Made by a program: the position numbers and the translations under genes. From the NCBI RefSeq assembly GCF_006345805.1, contig NC_043011.1:61392464-61456463 (forward strand): DNA of 64,000 nt, read 5' to 3'. The number at the start of each line of letters is the position of its first letter. Within the stretch, counting starts at the first letter, position 1. The notes under the pieces were generated by a model, which ran no database searches, was not told where the DNA came from, and was given only the letters and a program-made list of their open reading frames with translations. Origin of the DNA: Octopus sinensis. Taxonomy: Eukaryota. Positions 25,127 through 37,410 of the stretch are shown here, in pieces.

Positions 25127-25291
25127 AATAAATGAAAGAATGGAGTCGAACGAAGATGTTAACAAAATTCCTTTACTCTCGACATATGTTTCGAAGACAA
25201 CATGGTTTCATGGAATGTTGTCTTCGAAACATATGTCGAGAGTAAAGGAATTTTGTTAACATCTTCGTTCGACTCCAGTCTTTCATTTATT
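25127..25291. repeat. Fold-back palindrome: 63-bp perfect arms, 11-nt loop, plus a 13-bp extension
   Basis: 25141-25203 is the exact reverse complement of 25215-25277; contains the HHR 3' half GAAAC ATAT GTC. Confidence 0.95.
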
Positions 25292-26450
25292 GATATATAA
25301 CACACAAATTTCTGCACATGAACCCGGAGTTCTATCCTTGGACAGTTCGCTTCAATCGTGTTTCTGATGTGAATTTGCTACCCTGGTATCGGTTCAAAGA
25401 ATTTTCCATGCTGACGATAAACATAGCATAATTCATTCACCTATTGATATATATATATCTATATATATATATACATACGTATGGATGCACAGAAAGAAAC
25501 ACAGATTGTAATGATCTTTTGCTTGATAACTGACGAGGAAAGAGCTTGTGTGTATTGTGTGTGAATTTTCTTTTCGTTCATTGTTCTGCTGTTGTTTAAA
25601 GTTTGAAAACTACACACACACACACATACACACAGACACACACACATACACATACGCGCAAACCATCTTTTCTGGTTTTATAGAAACCAAAGTTATTTCA
25701 TTATTAGAGAGAAGCATCTAGCATGCATCGTCATTTTACTTAGGTTGCTCATAATATTGCATAATATTTAATTGTATGCTTCACTGATTTTTATTTATAT
25801 ATTTGTGTGTTGTGTGTTTTGTGTTTTGTACAGTCTCTGAAAGATATCAAGAAACTAAAATTATATGTTTGAGCATCGTTTACGAAATGTATGTAGTTAT
25901 TTCTTTAATAATTCCTCTATCGTTTTAGAAACAGCCGTTTTAATAATGGTTTGTTTTTTCTCACAACAATTTTAACTGTATCATTTCATGTAGATTTTCT
26001 TTGACATAGGATCTATTAAATGTATTTTAATAATCATCATTAAATAGACAACTTTTTTTTCACATATTTTAACGTCATCGGCATCAAATATACTAGCGAA
26101 TTAGTGAAGATGTGTACAACGCTGTGTGGTGTGTGTGTATGTGTGTGTCTTCGCAATTTCTAAATCAAGGAACTCAATCTCAGAAATAGAACGGAAACAC
26201 GCAGCAAGGTTAATCTGACGTAATATCTTAATATGTTAGCATGTAATTCTAGTCACTGAGCAATGCTTACGTTCTATCGCTCAGCGTAATTAAAAAGCAA
26301 AACACACACACACACATACACACGTGTGTGTGCAAATGTATAAATATCTATGTATGCATATATCTAAATATGTATATGTATATTTGTATGTATATATGTA
26401 TGTTTATGTATATTTATATATATATAGTATATATATATAAATGTATATAA

Positions 26451-26486
<36 letters not shown>

Positions 26487-26596
26487 GTATATACATATAT
26501 ATATATATATATATATAATATTTATATATATATGTATAATATATATATATATGTATATACATATATATATATATATTTATATATATATGTATATAT

Positions 26597-27049
26597 ATAT
26601 ATTATATACATATATAATTCATAAATGAGGGCAAAGGAAAAAAATCTAATGCCAAATATGCCGAAAAATTGGACATATTGTCCATTAACCATATAATTTT
26701 TTCACAATACACACGCTACTCGAAAAAAGGTCGACAGAAATTTCTAAAAAATTCCATTATTACCATATCGGACCGATTTCAGAGTTAGCTACTAAGAGCC
26801 CTCTCTTCGTCAGTGATACATGTGGCAAAAGAAATAAATGAGATACTTACTCATACCCATAAGTATCTCATTTATCTATTTTGCCACATGTATCACTGAC
26901 GAAGAGGGGGTTCTCTGAAATCGGTCCGATATGGTAATAATGGAATTTTTTAGAAATTTCTGTCGACCTTTTTTCGAGTAGCGTGCGTATTGTGAAAAAA
27001 TTATATGGTTAATGGAAAATATGTCCAATTTTTCGGCATTTATGAATTG
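26597..27049. mobile_element. Large fold-back of PLE-type termini with two opposed HHR motifs
   Basis: 26658-26849 versus 26860-27039, 10-nt loop. HHR on + at 26891-26931 and on - at 26766-26819. Confidence 0.8.
26891..26931 (+). ncRNA. Minimal type-I hammerhead ribozyme motif (predicted)
   Basis: TATCA CTGACGA AGAG ggggtt CTCT GAAA TCG GTC CGATA. Core intact; helix II 4 bp; helix I 4 bp with a closing mismatch. Confidence 0.55.
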
Positions 27050-27152
27050 TTTATAAATTTAACCGTTAAAGGTATTTTTTAATATGCTGGCCATTGATAA
27101 AATTTTTTCGAGAAAATATTTTTTTTCGAAAAGAATTTTATCCTCACATTTG

Positions 27153-27206
<54 letters not shown>

Positions 27207-27509
27207 ATTTAAGAAAAGGTAGGGTATACAATACGACTTGCTAGAACCAGAGCCAATGCTCTAACAAGCCACCATAAAAGTTACGATAAGGTCACACACG
27301 GGCAATGCAATGAACATTTCAAAAATAGGCTTACCCTTGCTTGGAATACATAGATAAGTAATGCATATTTCAATAGCAATTGATTTCACCCTTTGCTTGA
27401 CAAACATGCTTTGCGATCTATTGCTAAAGTATACACTACGTTAGCACATGTGCGTTCCCAACTTTAAATGTCCCGCTCCGTGTATATGTATGTATGCAAA
27501 TAAATAGAC

Positions 27510-27528
27510 AGGGAGATATATAAATAGA

Positions 27529-27603
<75 letters not shown>

Positions 27604-27605
27604 GC

Positions 27606-27637
<32 letters not shown>

Positions 27638-27683
27638 TGATAGATATATAGATAAGTAGATAGATAAATAGATAGATAGATTC

Positions 27684-27747
<64 letters not shown>

Positions 27748-27911
27748 GCAGACAGACAGATAGATAAATAGATAAATAGATAGATAGATAGATTGAGAGA
27801 TACACAGTTAGACGGACAGATAGATAGGTAGATAGATAGGTAGATAGATATATATATATATAAGATAGATAGATAAGTAAATAGATAGATAGATATATAG
27901 ATAGATAGATA

Positions 27912-27973
<62 letters not shown>

Positions 27974-27975
27974 GG
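27510..27975. repeat. (GATA)n/(GACA)n
   Basis: Direct read. Confidence 0.95.
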
Positions 27976-28226
27976 AAATATAGATATAAGTTAGACACTA
28001 CATATAGTACACTATTTAACATAAATACAATCCTGTAAAGCGCGCTCAGTTGAGGCCAGACAAGGTATTTGATGTACATCTCGTCCCACCTACACCTTTA
28101 TCCCCTTCCCTCTCTCTTTCTCTTCCTCTTCATCCCACTTTCCTCCTTCGTCTGCATTTATTCAACCCTTCTACCACAAACCACCCACCGATTATCATAC
28201 CCTGGATATTTTAGGATAACAGGCTA

Positions 28227-28463
28227 ATGAGATTGGTGCATAATTACTGCGGCTTTTTTCAACGAAAACAACAACGATATTTAACAAAAACAATTCAAAA
28301 TGACGGCTTGACTGTCCGCCAAGAAAATAGGAACGAGTAATTGAAGTAAATGGTGAATATGCCCCGGAATAATCATCTAAAGATGTTTTTGTTACGTGTT
28401 GTTCTTGTTTTTTTTTGAATAAAGTTTGTTGAAAAAAGCCGCAATAATTATGCACCAACCCAA
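28227..28463 (+). mobile_element. Mariner-derived MITE with Hsmar1/Made1-like TIRs
   Basis: TTGGTGCATAATTACTGCGGCTTTTTTCAAC versus GTTGAAAAAAGCCGCAATAATTATGCACCAACCCAA|TA. The interior encodes RLDCPPRK*ERVIEVNGEYAPE*, a mariner C-terminus. Confidence 0.8.
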
Positions 28464-29775
28464 TACCTTGCTGTTTACACGACAAAAGCAATTGAACTGG
28501 ATATACCCGTACAACGGAACAGAACCCCTGCAATAGTGTGCCATGTTAAAGGACAACGCTGGTTGGTTTGATGGTGATGATGCTGCTGCTGCTGATGATG
28601 ATGATGATGATAGTGAATGCATCATGTGTTCTTATGTAGATATAAGATTTAACCAAGAATCGCGAATGAATCAAGCCTCCCTTCTTGGGCCAATAAACTT
28701 AAAGTCTACTTTTTTGCAGATGCTAGAAATAGCAGTCAAATCAATGTCCATCGTCTTACACTTTAGCATCTTAAAAAGAAACCATTAGATCATTCAGTTA
28801 TAGAAACACAAGAAGGAATGGTGGTAACGGCTAGAACAGATTTGCCAAGGTTTCTAAAAACCTATGACAAACCCCCACATCAACAACAACAAACAACCTA
28901 TGGACAGTAACAATAACAGTGTGAAGGATAATAACAACAAGTATTCTGCGCATGTTCACCAGATATCATATGGCAGTTGTAAAATAGCAGACAGTTGTAA
29001 ATGAAATGATATTTCTTAAATCCTATCTAGATCCCCGATCCGAATATAGCATAATGAGTTACAAGAGTAGCTATTAAGAATAAAGAAAACAGAATTTATG
29101 TAACAAATAATTCAATCTCTCCTTCGGGTGAAAAACCCAACAAAAAAAAAAGACATCTTATGTATTAAACATAATACACACTAACTAGTGGTTTTATGTC
29201 CTTCAAGAAATCAAAATGGCGGCCAAGACAATCGCCATCAGAACAAATACACGTAAACGTAGAAAGGAATTTAATTCAATTCTCTATGTTAGGAGAGAGA
29301 GAGAGAGAGAGAGAGAGAATAAATTGGAAGAAAACGAGAATAATCATCTCAGAAAGATATAGTTGATTGTTTGATAACGTTTTCAACACCAAATTATGGC
29401 TGTAACCAGTTCCGATAATCAGCCTAGCGTGAAATTAGCATCGAAAAATTGAATAAGATATTATACATTCGGGATGTGGAATAGCAAATTACAAACATTC
29501 GAAGGAACACTAATCTATTTTCTCATCTAAAAAGAAGTATTGGATAAATTTAGCCATTTCTGTCGTAGCACACCTCAAACTGGAGAAGAGGTATAGTGAG
29601 ATGGAAAAGTAAATAAAAAAAAGATACCACAAAACGGTTTTACTTCTTCCTCACTGGAGCCATATATCTGTGAATCAAAAATGGAATTTTTATGCTTGAT
29701 TTCAATTCAGTAAATATGTGCTGCAAACAAATCATAAAAACGTATCAGATAACTGGAAAAGTTTGTGGTGAAATT

Positions 29776-29806
<31 letters not shown>

Positions 29807-32120
29807 CATATATATATATATATATAATATATATATATAATATATTGTTTTATAACATATGTGTGTGTGTGTACTATGGTGTGTTGCAAGCGCGAGAGTA
29901 TTTCAAATAAGGTATATATATTTATATCAGTATGATGTATGTGTGAGTTATGGCGGAAAGACGTGTGGCCTTGGTTCATGATCCCAACTTCGTAAATTCA
30001 ATACCTCGATCCAGTATCGCCTTCTGTTCTTAAGAAACCCATTCCATTTCAAATGGTTCTTGTGTACTCAGTAGCTAATATGTAACTCTTAGGTGTTGTT
30101 TCAGCGGTTTTTGTTCTCGTGTAGTTGCAGTTTAAGCTTTCCATTGGAGCAAGTGTGAGGACCGAGAGAGTGTCTGTGTCTGGCCACAATTGCATATGCA
30201 CCAAACCAATTATGAAAGTCTGTTACATTTTACAGATTTTCCAGTGAGCGCTGATTAAGTTTATGTTTATATACATACTCCCACTTTGATATGAATGTCT
30301 ATATATATATATACATATAAGAGGAATGACCTGTACGTATATACATGTATACATGTTCAATCTCATGCGGACGTCTCGTGTATAGTTCTGTAAATTACAT
30401 TTGCAAAGACGATCACATTGATGAGTTGCGAACAAGTACGTAACGAAACCAGGTTTGTGATTAACCTCTATATTTTGTATCTTTTCATTTGTCTTGCTCG
30501 CTTACGTTCTGGCGTTTGCTAAATTTCCTTGAGAGCATTCCTTTCTTAGTGATAAGACCATAGCGGATCTTCTTCTAGCATAATGAATGTCTACGTACAG
30601 GTTAACCCTCTTATGTGTGTGTAATATAACTTTTTCTGAAACTTCAAATTGTTCAATATGTTAGACCACTGGCTTTAAAATTGATATTAATCAAATTTAT
30701 ATTCAATTTTTCACCCTTATTATTTTTAATTCATATATATATAATATATAGTAGAGATAGAAATATAACAGAATATGCTTAATAGTAGAAAGCAGCCTGG
30801 TTTAGGTTTTTTTTTTAGATGTAAACGAGTCGTGAATGCGCTGACATCTTTATCAAATGCATTCCATCTTTGGTCATTTCGTCTCATAATTTAATGAATG
30901 TACTTAAGACGATACTATCTGATGTGTCCCTATCGTAATTCCCATGTAGAAAAGATTTCTATGGTATCTTTTGGGGCGGTTTAAATTTAGATCATGCATG
31001 GAGGGTAAAAGCGGATTGGTATTTCCATGTACATTTCTGATGGGTCTTATTGTTTCCAAAGGACTTTGGAATGTTGTCTTCATATTGGTAGCTCAGCTGA
31101 AAGAATCTTATCATCGTTTTCTTTTATCTTCACGTTGCCTCAGATCAGTGAGTGGCGTTAGGAATTATTTTCGTCTTGTAAAAGGCAGTAATAATTCTTC
31201 CAAATTTCCCCCACAAAATGTTTCTCGATCTTGCTTTGGCATTTTCCTGTTGAAAAAGTTCATCTGAAATTATAGTTCATTTTGAGTTACAAATTTGTGT
31301 AATGAAGATATTCAGCTAGTCAAAGTTTCTAGTAAAATCCTCTGTTTCTCCACCTGGTGCTTACAGTCATGTCCCCCTCGTGCGGAGCTTGATAGTTGTA
31401 TGATTGGCTGGGCAATATTTCTTGGCTACCGTTAGAATTCATGGCATTTCCAAACTGGATTGCAGATCACTTACCTGGATTTGTCTTTATTTCTTCGAAT
31501 AATTTCCAACATTTAGTTTTCTATTTTGGCAGATATGTCCACTATATTCCATCGTATTACTTCTTTGAATGGTAAATCTTGTATATATTGAATACGGACC
31601 ACAAAAGGATAAGAGTAGAAGTCATTGAAACTCTCTGCTCGACCGATTACCTGTTCTCTATTTTGACTGATCTGTCGTTGCTGATAGAATCCGACTTTAT
31701 TCCAGAAGATAACAAGGTATTGGTATTGGCGTGTGTTGCGAAGCTTCTAAGTGCTTGTGTATGCTTGTGTGTATGTGTGTGGCTGTGCTTGGGTGACTGG
31801 CTCTTTGATTCTTTTATAAATACACATCATTGCAGCACCATGCCTGGCATTGGCAACATCTTCGAAAAGCCGACTGCAATACTATGAAATTATAATACTG
31901 CGATACGTTTTTTTTTCCACATGCTATTTAGAAACAAATCCGTTTATTAATACGTGAACCTGCAATCGTGGATTTCACAGATCTTTGTCGCAGTCATGCT
32001 TTAATGATAACACAACACAAATAAAAAAACAAACGCACAAACACACATACGCACACGCGCACGCAACACAGACATATACATGCATCCATAAACACATACA
32101 CACTGTATACACACACACAA

Positions 32121-32190
<70 letters not shown>

Positions 32191-32270
32191 GTATACGTAT
32201 GTATATATATATATTCAATATTTTATATCCGGATATATATATATATATATATAAAATTTAATCCAAACAA

Positions 32271-32470
32271 GAAAACAAAAACAAAAAACAACAACGCAAG
32301 GACGTGGAACAAATAAAGTATTATTGGACGATCAAGAAAGAAGGGAAGAAGGAGGGTTTGACGTTTCGAGCGGAGCTCTTCGTCGGAAACATAGGAGAAG
32401 GAAAGATCCCGAGAAGGGAAGACAGGGGAAAAGAACCGCTAGTGATACAGACGAGGTCACATACTATATA
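32271..32470 (-). mobile_element. PLE-type terminal fragment
   Basis: Short repeat-like segment between (TA)n tracts that carries the HHR at 32356-32390. Confidence 0.55.
32356..32390 (-). ncRNA. Minimal type-I hammerhead ribozyme motif (U4C variant)
   Basis: Minus strand GTTT CCGACGA A GAGC tcc GCTC GAAAC GTC AAAC. Helix I GTTT/AAAC, helix II GAGC/GCTC, palindromic ACGT helix III, GUC cleavage triplet. Confidence 0.65.
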
Positions 32471-32479
32471 TATATGTTA

Positions 32480-33800
32480 GGGTGATACAAAAAAGGGGGC
32501 AATTTTTTTTGTTTCAATTTTCAGAGAGACACCCTCCTATTTTATTCATATTCCTAAGAAAGCATTGTATGCGAACTTTGGGGTTGAAAAAGAGAAAATT
32601 TCAGAGGTTGTTGCTAAGCTTTAAAAATAAATGTATTTCAGTTTGTGTTCAAAACTTTTTTGTTGATATTTTCGCTGGAACGGCTTTGATATGTACCTAG
32701 TTTGAAAGAAAAAAACGATGGCATTCTAGGCTATAGTACGTAGTGAGTTACAGCGTATATCGCGTTAACTTCTTTTTATGTGGAAGTTACCCCAGTCGGT
32801 ACATCATAACCACTTATGTAAGTTTTTTTGTTTTTTGTGAAGCAAGAATAATGTTTTCTTGTTTTTCTTTGAGAGTGACAATCAGTAACTTTTAACAATT
32901 CGAAGAAGGTATCGTTCCTGCTCTTCCTCATTGGTTATCAGTTTGTTGTATTCCTCCGTCAGTCGGGCGTCTCTTTCCGCAATGTCGTTTACCACTTTGA
33001 GTCGATATGCGATACCTCTTGCATTCGCATAACATTCATCATCATTCCATTCTTCTGTATTTTTTCTAAAAAGAAAGAGCAAGGCACCTCCAGGATTTCA
33101 AAGAATCTTTTTGTGTTGGCAGTAATGAAATCCTGCAACTGTTTCTGCTGATCCAGGATTTATTGATATTGATGCTTGTTTGCTTGGTTTTGAGTCAACG
33201 GGTTTCTGCAGAGCATCCTTCATTTTGTTTTTTGTTTCATGCAAAACAGCTGAATCAAAAACTGCAAGCGCCACAAGTTCCTCGGAGAGGTACCACAAAT
33301 ATCTCAAAAACTTATCAAGTGCAGCACTTGCAATTTTGTCATCCTTTTGCTTGCAGAGCAGCAGACTTTGCACATTATGCAAATCTGAACGGGGGGCGCA
33401 TGAGGGTATGGGTGCCAGGTATCACGATCTGATGTATGTCGCAGCTGAAAAGCAGCAAATATCTTTCAGTCCATTTTCCTCTCTCTCTCTCAGTTAGTTT
33501 AAACTGAGATTTAAACATTCAAGTTTTAATGCAGTAAATTAGCTTTTCCGTCCATCATATTCTGTCATAACCACCCGGTGCTTTAAAACTGATTCCTGAC
33601 TTTGGGTTACTACTGAGAATAACGAGCGTTAGCTCGAGCAATTCCTTAAGATCACCATGAATCTGTTGTTCATTAAGCAAGCTTGAGCAAATTGAATCAT
33701 TTATCCAGCATCTGAAATTTTTCTGCAATGTTAGGGCCATCTGTTAATGTTTCGTAATTGTTTTTGTCAGTTTCCACTCGCTTTGCTTTGAATCCCTTAA
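32480..33800 (-). mobile_element. Decayed DNA transposon with DDE-type transposase C-terminal half (family uncertain; Spy/PIF-related suspected)
   Basis: ORFs: GDLKELLELTLVIL..ISFKAPG, LWYLSEELVALAVFD, LKVVNDIAERDARLTEEYN. Possible terminus GGGTGATACAAAAAAGGGG at 32480. Confidence 0.6.
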
Positions 33801-34043
33801 ACAGTTGCATGTCAGGGCCAGTAGAAGGCAAAGATTATGGCAACATTCACCAACTTAAACAAAGAGACAGTCAAGACAACATCCCGAAGTTGTCTTGAGG
33901 CTGTGGTTCAAGAAAATGCCGTTGATGTTCAATAAACTTACTCGTTAATATTTCAAGATATTTTTATGTAATTTTGGTAAATATATCTGCTAAAATGCTA
34001 TGTCAGTGTTATTTTCATGTTTGCGTAATTTAGACCAGAATTG

Positions 34044-34044
<1 letters not shown>

Positions 34045-34115
<71 letters not shown>

Positions 34116-34174
34116 TATACTTATATATATATATATATATATATAGATATATATACATATACTTATATATATAT

Positions 34175-34230
<56 letters not shown>

Positions 34231-34380
34231 TATATATATATATATTATATATATAAGCAGGGATCACCACCATCCCCTGCCGTATATATACTTATATATA
34301 TATATATAGCAGGGATCACCACCATCCCCTGCCGTATATATATATATATATATATATAACACATATACTTATATATGCGT
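34045..34380. repeat. (TA)n array containing two copies of a 29-bp GC-rich insert
   Basis: AGCAGGGATCACCACCATCCCCTGCCGTA at 34256 and 34308. Confidence 0.9.
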
Positions 34381-35063
34381 GTGTGTATCATATATCACAC
34401 ATCATACATACGCATGCGTTTGTAAATCAATTTCCGTATGTGTAATTAAGAGGTAAACCATTTAGCCTTACAAATGCAAATATATTGCTGTTTGGGTGGG
34501 AATAATTTTGCAATAAATATTGTCGACCTCATATTTTGCACTCAGCTTATCCAAACATTATTCTTGCTGCCAACAAATATTCTCCATTAGTATACGTATT
34601 TATTTCGAATAAATGGCAAACTGTCCCATAAAAATCTGGACGTCCTTGAATACACATTCCTTTGCTGTGGTTTGCTATGCTGAATATATTAAGTAATATA
34701 CGATAATAATACTCTATACTGTACCCATAATGTATTCCACTCGTCCAGAAGAATGTTGCTTTAAGTATTCCAATGAAAATATTGTAATTTTTTCACATTT
34801 TCATATACGTTTACGTGTATGTGTATGCGTGTGTATCAAGAATATAAAATAGTACATACATAAGCATCCACTATGCGTGGGTAATTCGCTGAAATATATG
34901 TAAGTCACCATCGGGTGCTTCTTTCTGGGTTTCTCCCACATTCTTATCTCTCTTCCTCCATTCTTTCTATACAGTTTCTGTGCATCGGTCCAAGGTGTGT
35001 TTGTTGATAGATTCAACAACACGCGGCGCTGCGGGGCTCAATATATCCAGAAATTATTTTTAT

Positions 35064-35094
<31 letters not shown>

Positions 35095-35111
35095 GTTATA
35101 CAAACACACAC

Positions 35112-35154
<43 letters not shown>

Positions 35155-35184
35155 ATGTATTTATATATATATATATATATATAT

Positions 35185-35216
<32 letters not shown>

Positions 35217-35219
<3 letters not shown>

Positions 35220-35495
35220 CGCAATGGCCTAGTGGTTAGGGATGCGGACTCGCGGTCGTAGGATCGCGGTTTCGATTCCCAGACTGGGCGATGTGAGCGT
35301 TTATTGAGCAAAAACACCTAAAGCTCTACGGCAGGGGATGGTGGTGATCCCTGCTGTACTCTTTCGCCACAACTTTCTCTTACTCTTTCTTCTGTTGGCC
35401 TTCTCGCTTAGCCAGCGGGGTGGCGTCATTTGGAGGCTAAAACAATGCGAAGCGCATTGTGACTAGCAACGTGTAGCAACATCTGATAGCCTGGT
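35217..35495 (+). mobile_element. SINE family D, near full length
   Basis: GGGCGCAATGGCCTAGTGGTTAGGGATGCGGACTCGCGGTCGTAGGATCGCGGTTTCGATTCCC head; begins right after (GA)n. Confidence 0.85.
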
Positions 35496-35556
35496 CGATC
35501 ACATACACATGTATAAATGCATATATATATATATAGATAGATAGATAGATGATATA

Positions 35557-35590
<34 letters not shown>

Positions 35591-35847
35591 CATCTATCTA
35601 TCTATCTATCTATCTAACTATATATATAGTTATATTTCGGGATGGTCGGTATTGCTTTCATTATCCTTTTCCAGATAATGGACATAATGGTTTCTCTCAT
35701 TACCCAAATATGTAATTAACATTGTGAAAGTAATCGTGCATTACCAGTTAGCTATAAGGTGTAAACCATTCCTTTTACTATCTAATATACACACACACAT
35801 ACACGTACACGTGTGTGGGCCTATATATCTTTATTTTTCCAGGTTAT

Positions 35848-35915
35848 GTTCTTACTGATGAGTGGAGAACATGGTAATGCATGATGACCACGAAATCATG
35901 AATGGTATACGACTA
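35848..35915 (+). ncRNA. Candidate type-I hammerhead motif with intact core
   Basis: CTGATGA (35855) GTGG..CCAC GAAA TCA tgaa TGGT A. Helix II GTGG/CCAC; helix III 4 bp; GUA triplet; helix I weak. Confidence 0.45.
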
Positions 35916-36825
35916 AACCTTTTTTTATTGAACGAATTTCTCCTAGTTTTCATTCCTTCGATGTCGGCGCATGTCTATACTTATTGCAGTACTTTGACTT
36001 TAGAGTCCCATTAAAGCGTGTAGCTTTTATGCAGAGAAATAGCCCTTGATATTATGTATGTATATATGCATGGTTCATATATATATATATAATTAGATTA
36101 GTTAATTTAAGGTCTCAATTTACGTTGTGCTGAAGAGTTCGGAAAAGAGCGAAATAGTGTTCTCCATAGACCCCAGAAACTTTAAAGATTTTTATCTCAT
36201 AAAAAAAAACAAAGAATTATATGGACATATATGTATGGTCTTTTCACTCTTCGATAATGGCTCCTCGACATAAGAATAAACTTAGACGCGCTTCGCTCCT
36301 CTTACGTAGCAATTCCTAATAATTCAACGTCGTATATCAGAACAGACTGACATGAAATATAAACGGGACTACTAAAATGAAAGTAATTGCTATTTTATTC
36401 CCTTCATCAGATAAATGAAACAAACGACAGTAGTTTTAATTACAATAGTGACTTCTTATGACTATTTTCCGGAGTGTGGCTTACAATATAGGAATTCAAT
36501 GACTGTGCTCTGATGACATACTGATCGAACATAAAGAGGCAGCGTCACTCAGAGAGGCTTCTTCACCATTTCCTTTTACCAAACTGCACACAATCACTGC
36601 TGCTCCCACATTTTAACAGTGTAATTATTTCCATGAGACAAAGCAATCAATGGATACGAAGAGCAATTACAAATTACTATATTACAGAAGCATCGAGCTG
36701 GCAGAATCTTTAGCTAATCGAACCATACACTTTGCAGAATTTCTTGCGGCTCTTTATGATTCTACGTTCAATACCCGATGTAAGCGACTTTGCTAGTTAT
36801 CTTTTATAGGTTGATAAAATAAATA

Positions 36826-37165
36826 CTCTGTTGTGTCTGGGGAGAGTCATTCTCTTTTAGTGCCTTATTATTTAACACACTCACCGGTAAAATTTCCACT
36901 TATTTCTTATTTTTATTTTCTAAAATTTTCGTTGTTTCTTGCAACCTTTTCAATAGTCTTGACTCTGTCCATTGACCCGCACACATGCGCACAAACAAAC
37001 AAAAGGGAACGCAGTTTAAATAACGGACAGAGTCAAGACTATTGAAAATGTTGCAAGACGCAACGAAAATTTTAGAAAATAAAAGTAATAAGTGGACATT
37101 TTACCGGTGAGTGTGTTAAATAATAAGGCACTAAAAGAGATTGACTCTCCCCAGACACAACAGAA
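36826..37165. mobile_element. TA-flanked MITE with TIRs of about 143 bp (Tc1/mariner-type TSD)
   Basis: TA|CTCTGTTGTGTCTGGGGAGAGTCA .. TGACTCTCCCCAGACACAACAGAA|TA; spacer about 55 bp. Confidence 0.85.
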
Positions 37166-37410
37166 TATGCTTCAACACACGAACTCATATAAATAATCTT
37201 GCAAACCAAATCCAAGAACGAAATAAAATAAATACTATTTCATCACCTGTGTGGATGAAATGAACTTATGCCGTCCTCTAAAATCGCTGGCGCTGTGCCA
37301 TAATGTGAATCTAACTATAGTTAAATTATCTTAGATATATTATTTTCGATAACTATTCTATTGTGTAGTAATAAATCTCTTGTGTGTACATACATTTCTG
37401 TGCAGATTCT

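Noticed and set aside
30750-31560. Possible L1/Tx1 ORF2 C-terminal relic on the minus strand (KIP*KSFL, FYY)
   Set aside because: Motifs are too short and fragmented to call without a search.
35217-35290. tRNA genes (also at 1-97, 9270-9345, 12830-12894, 41690-41785)
   Set aside because: The tRNA-like heads continue into shared SINE bodies; no complete cloverleaf with acceptor stem was found.
36125-36300. HHR-like CTGAAGA GTTC ggaaaa GAGC GAAA, and an opposed GAGCGAAGCGCGTC
   Set aside because: Helices I and III cannot be formed convincingly; may be a decayed member but is not supportable.
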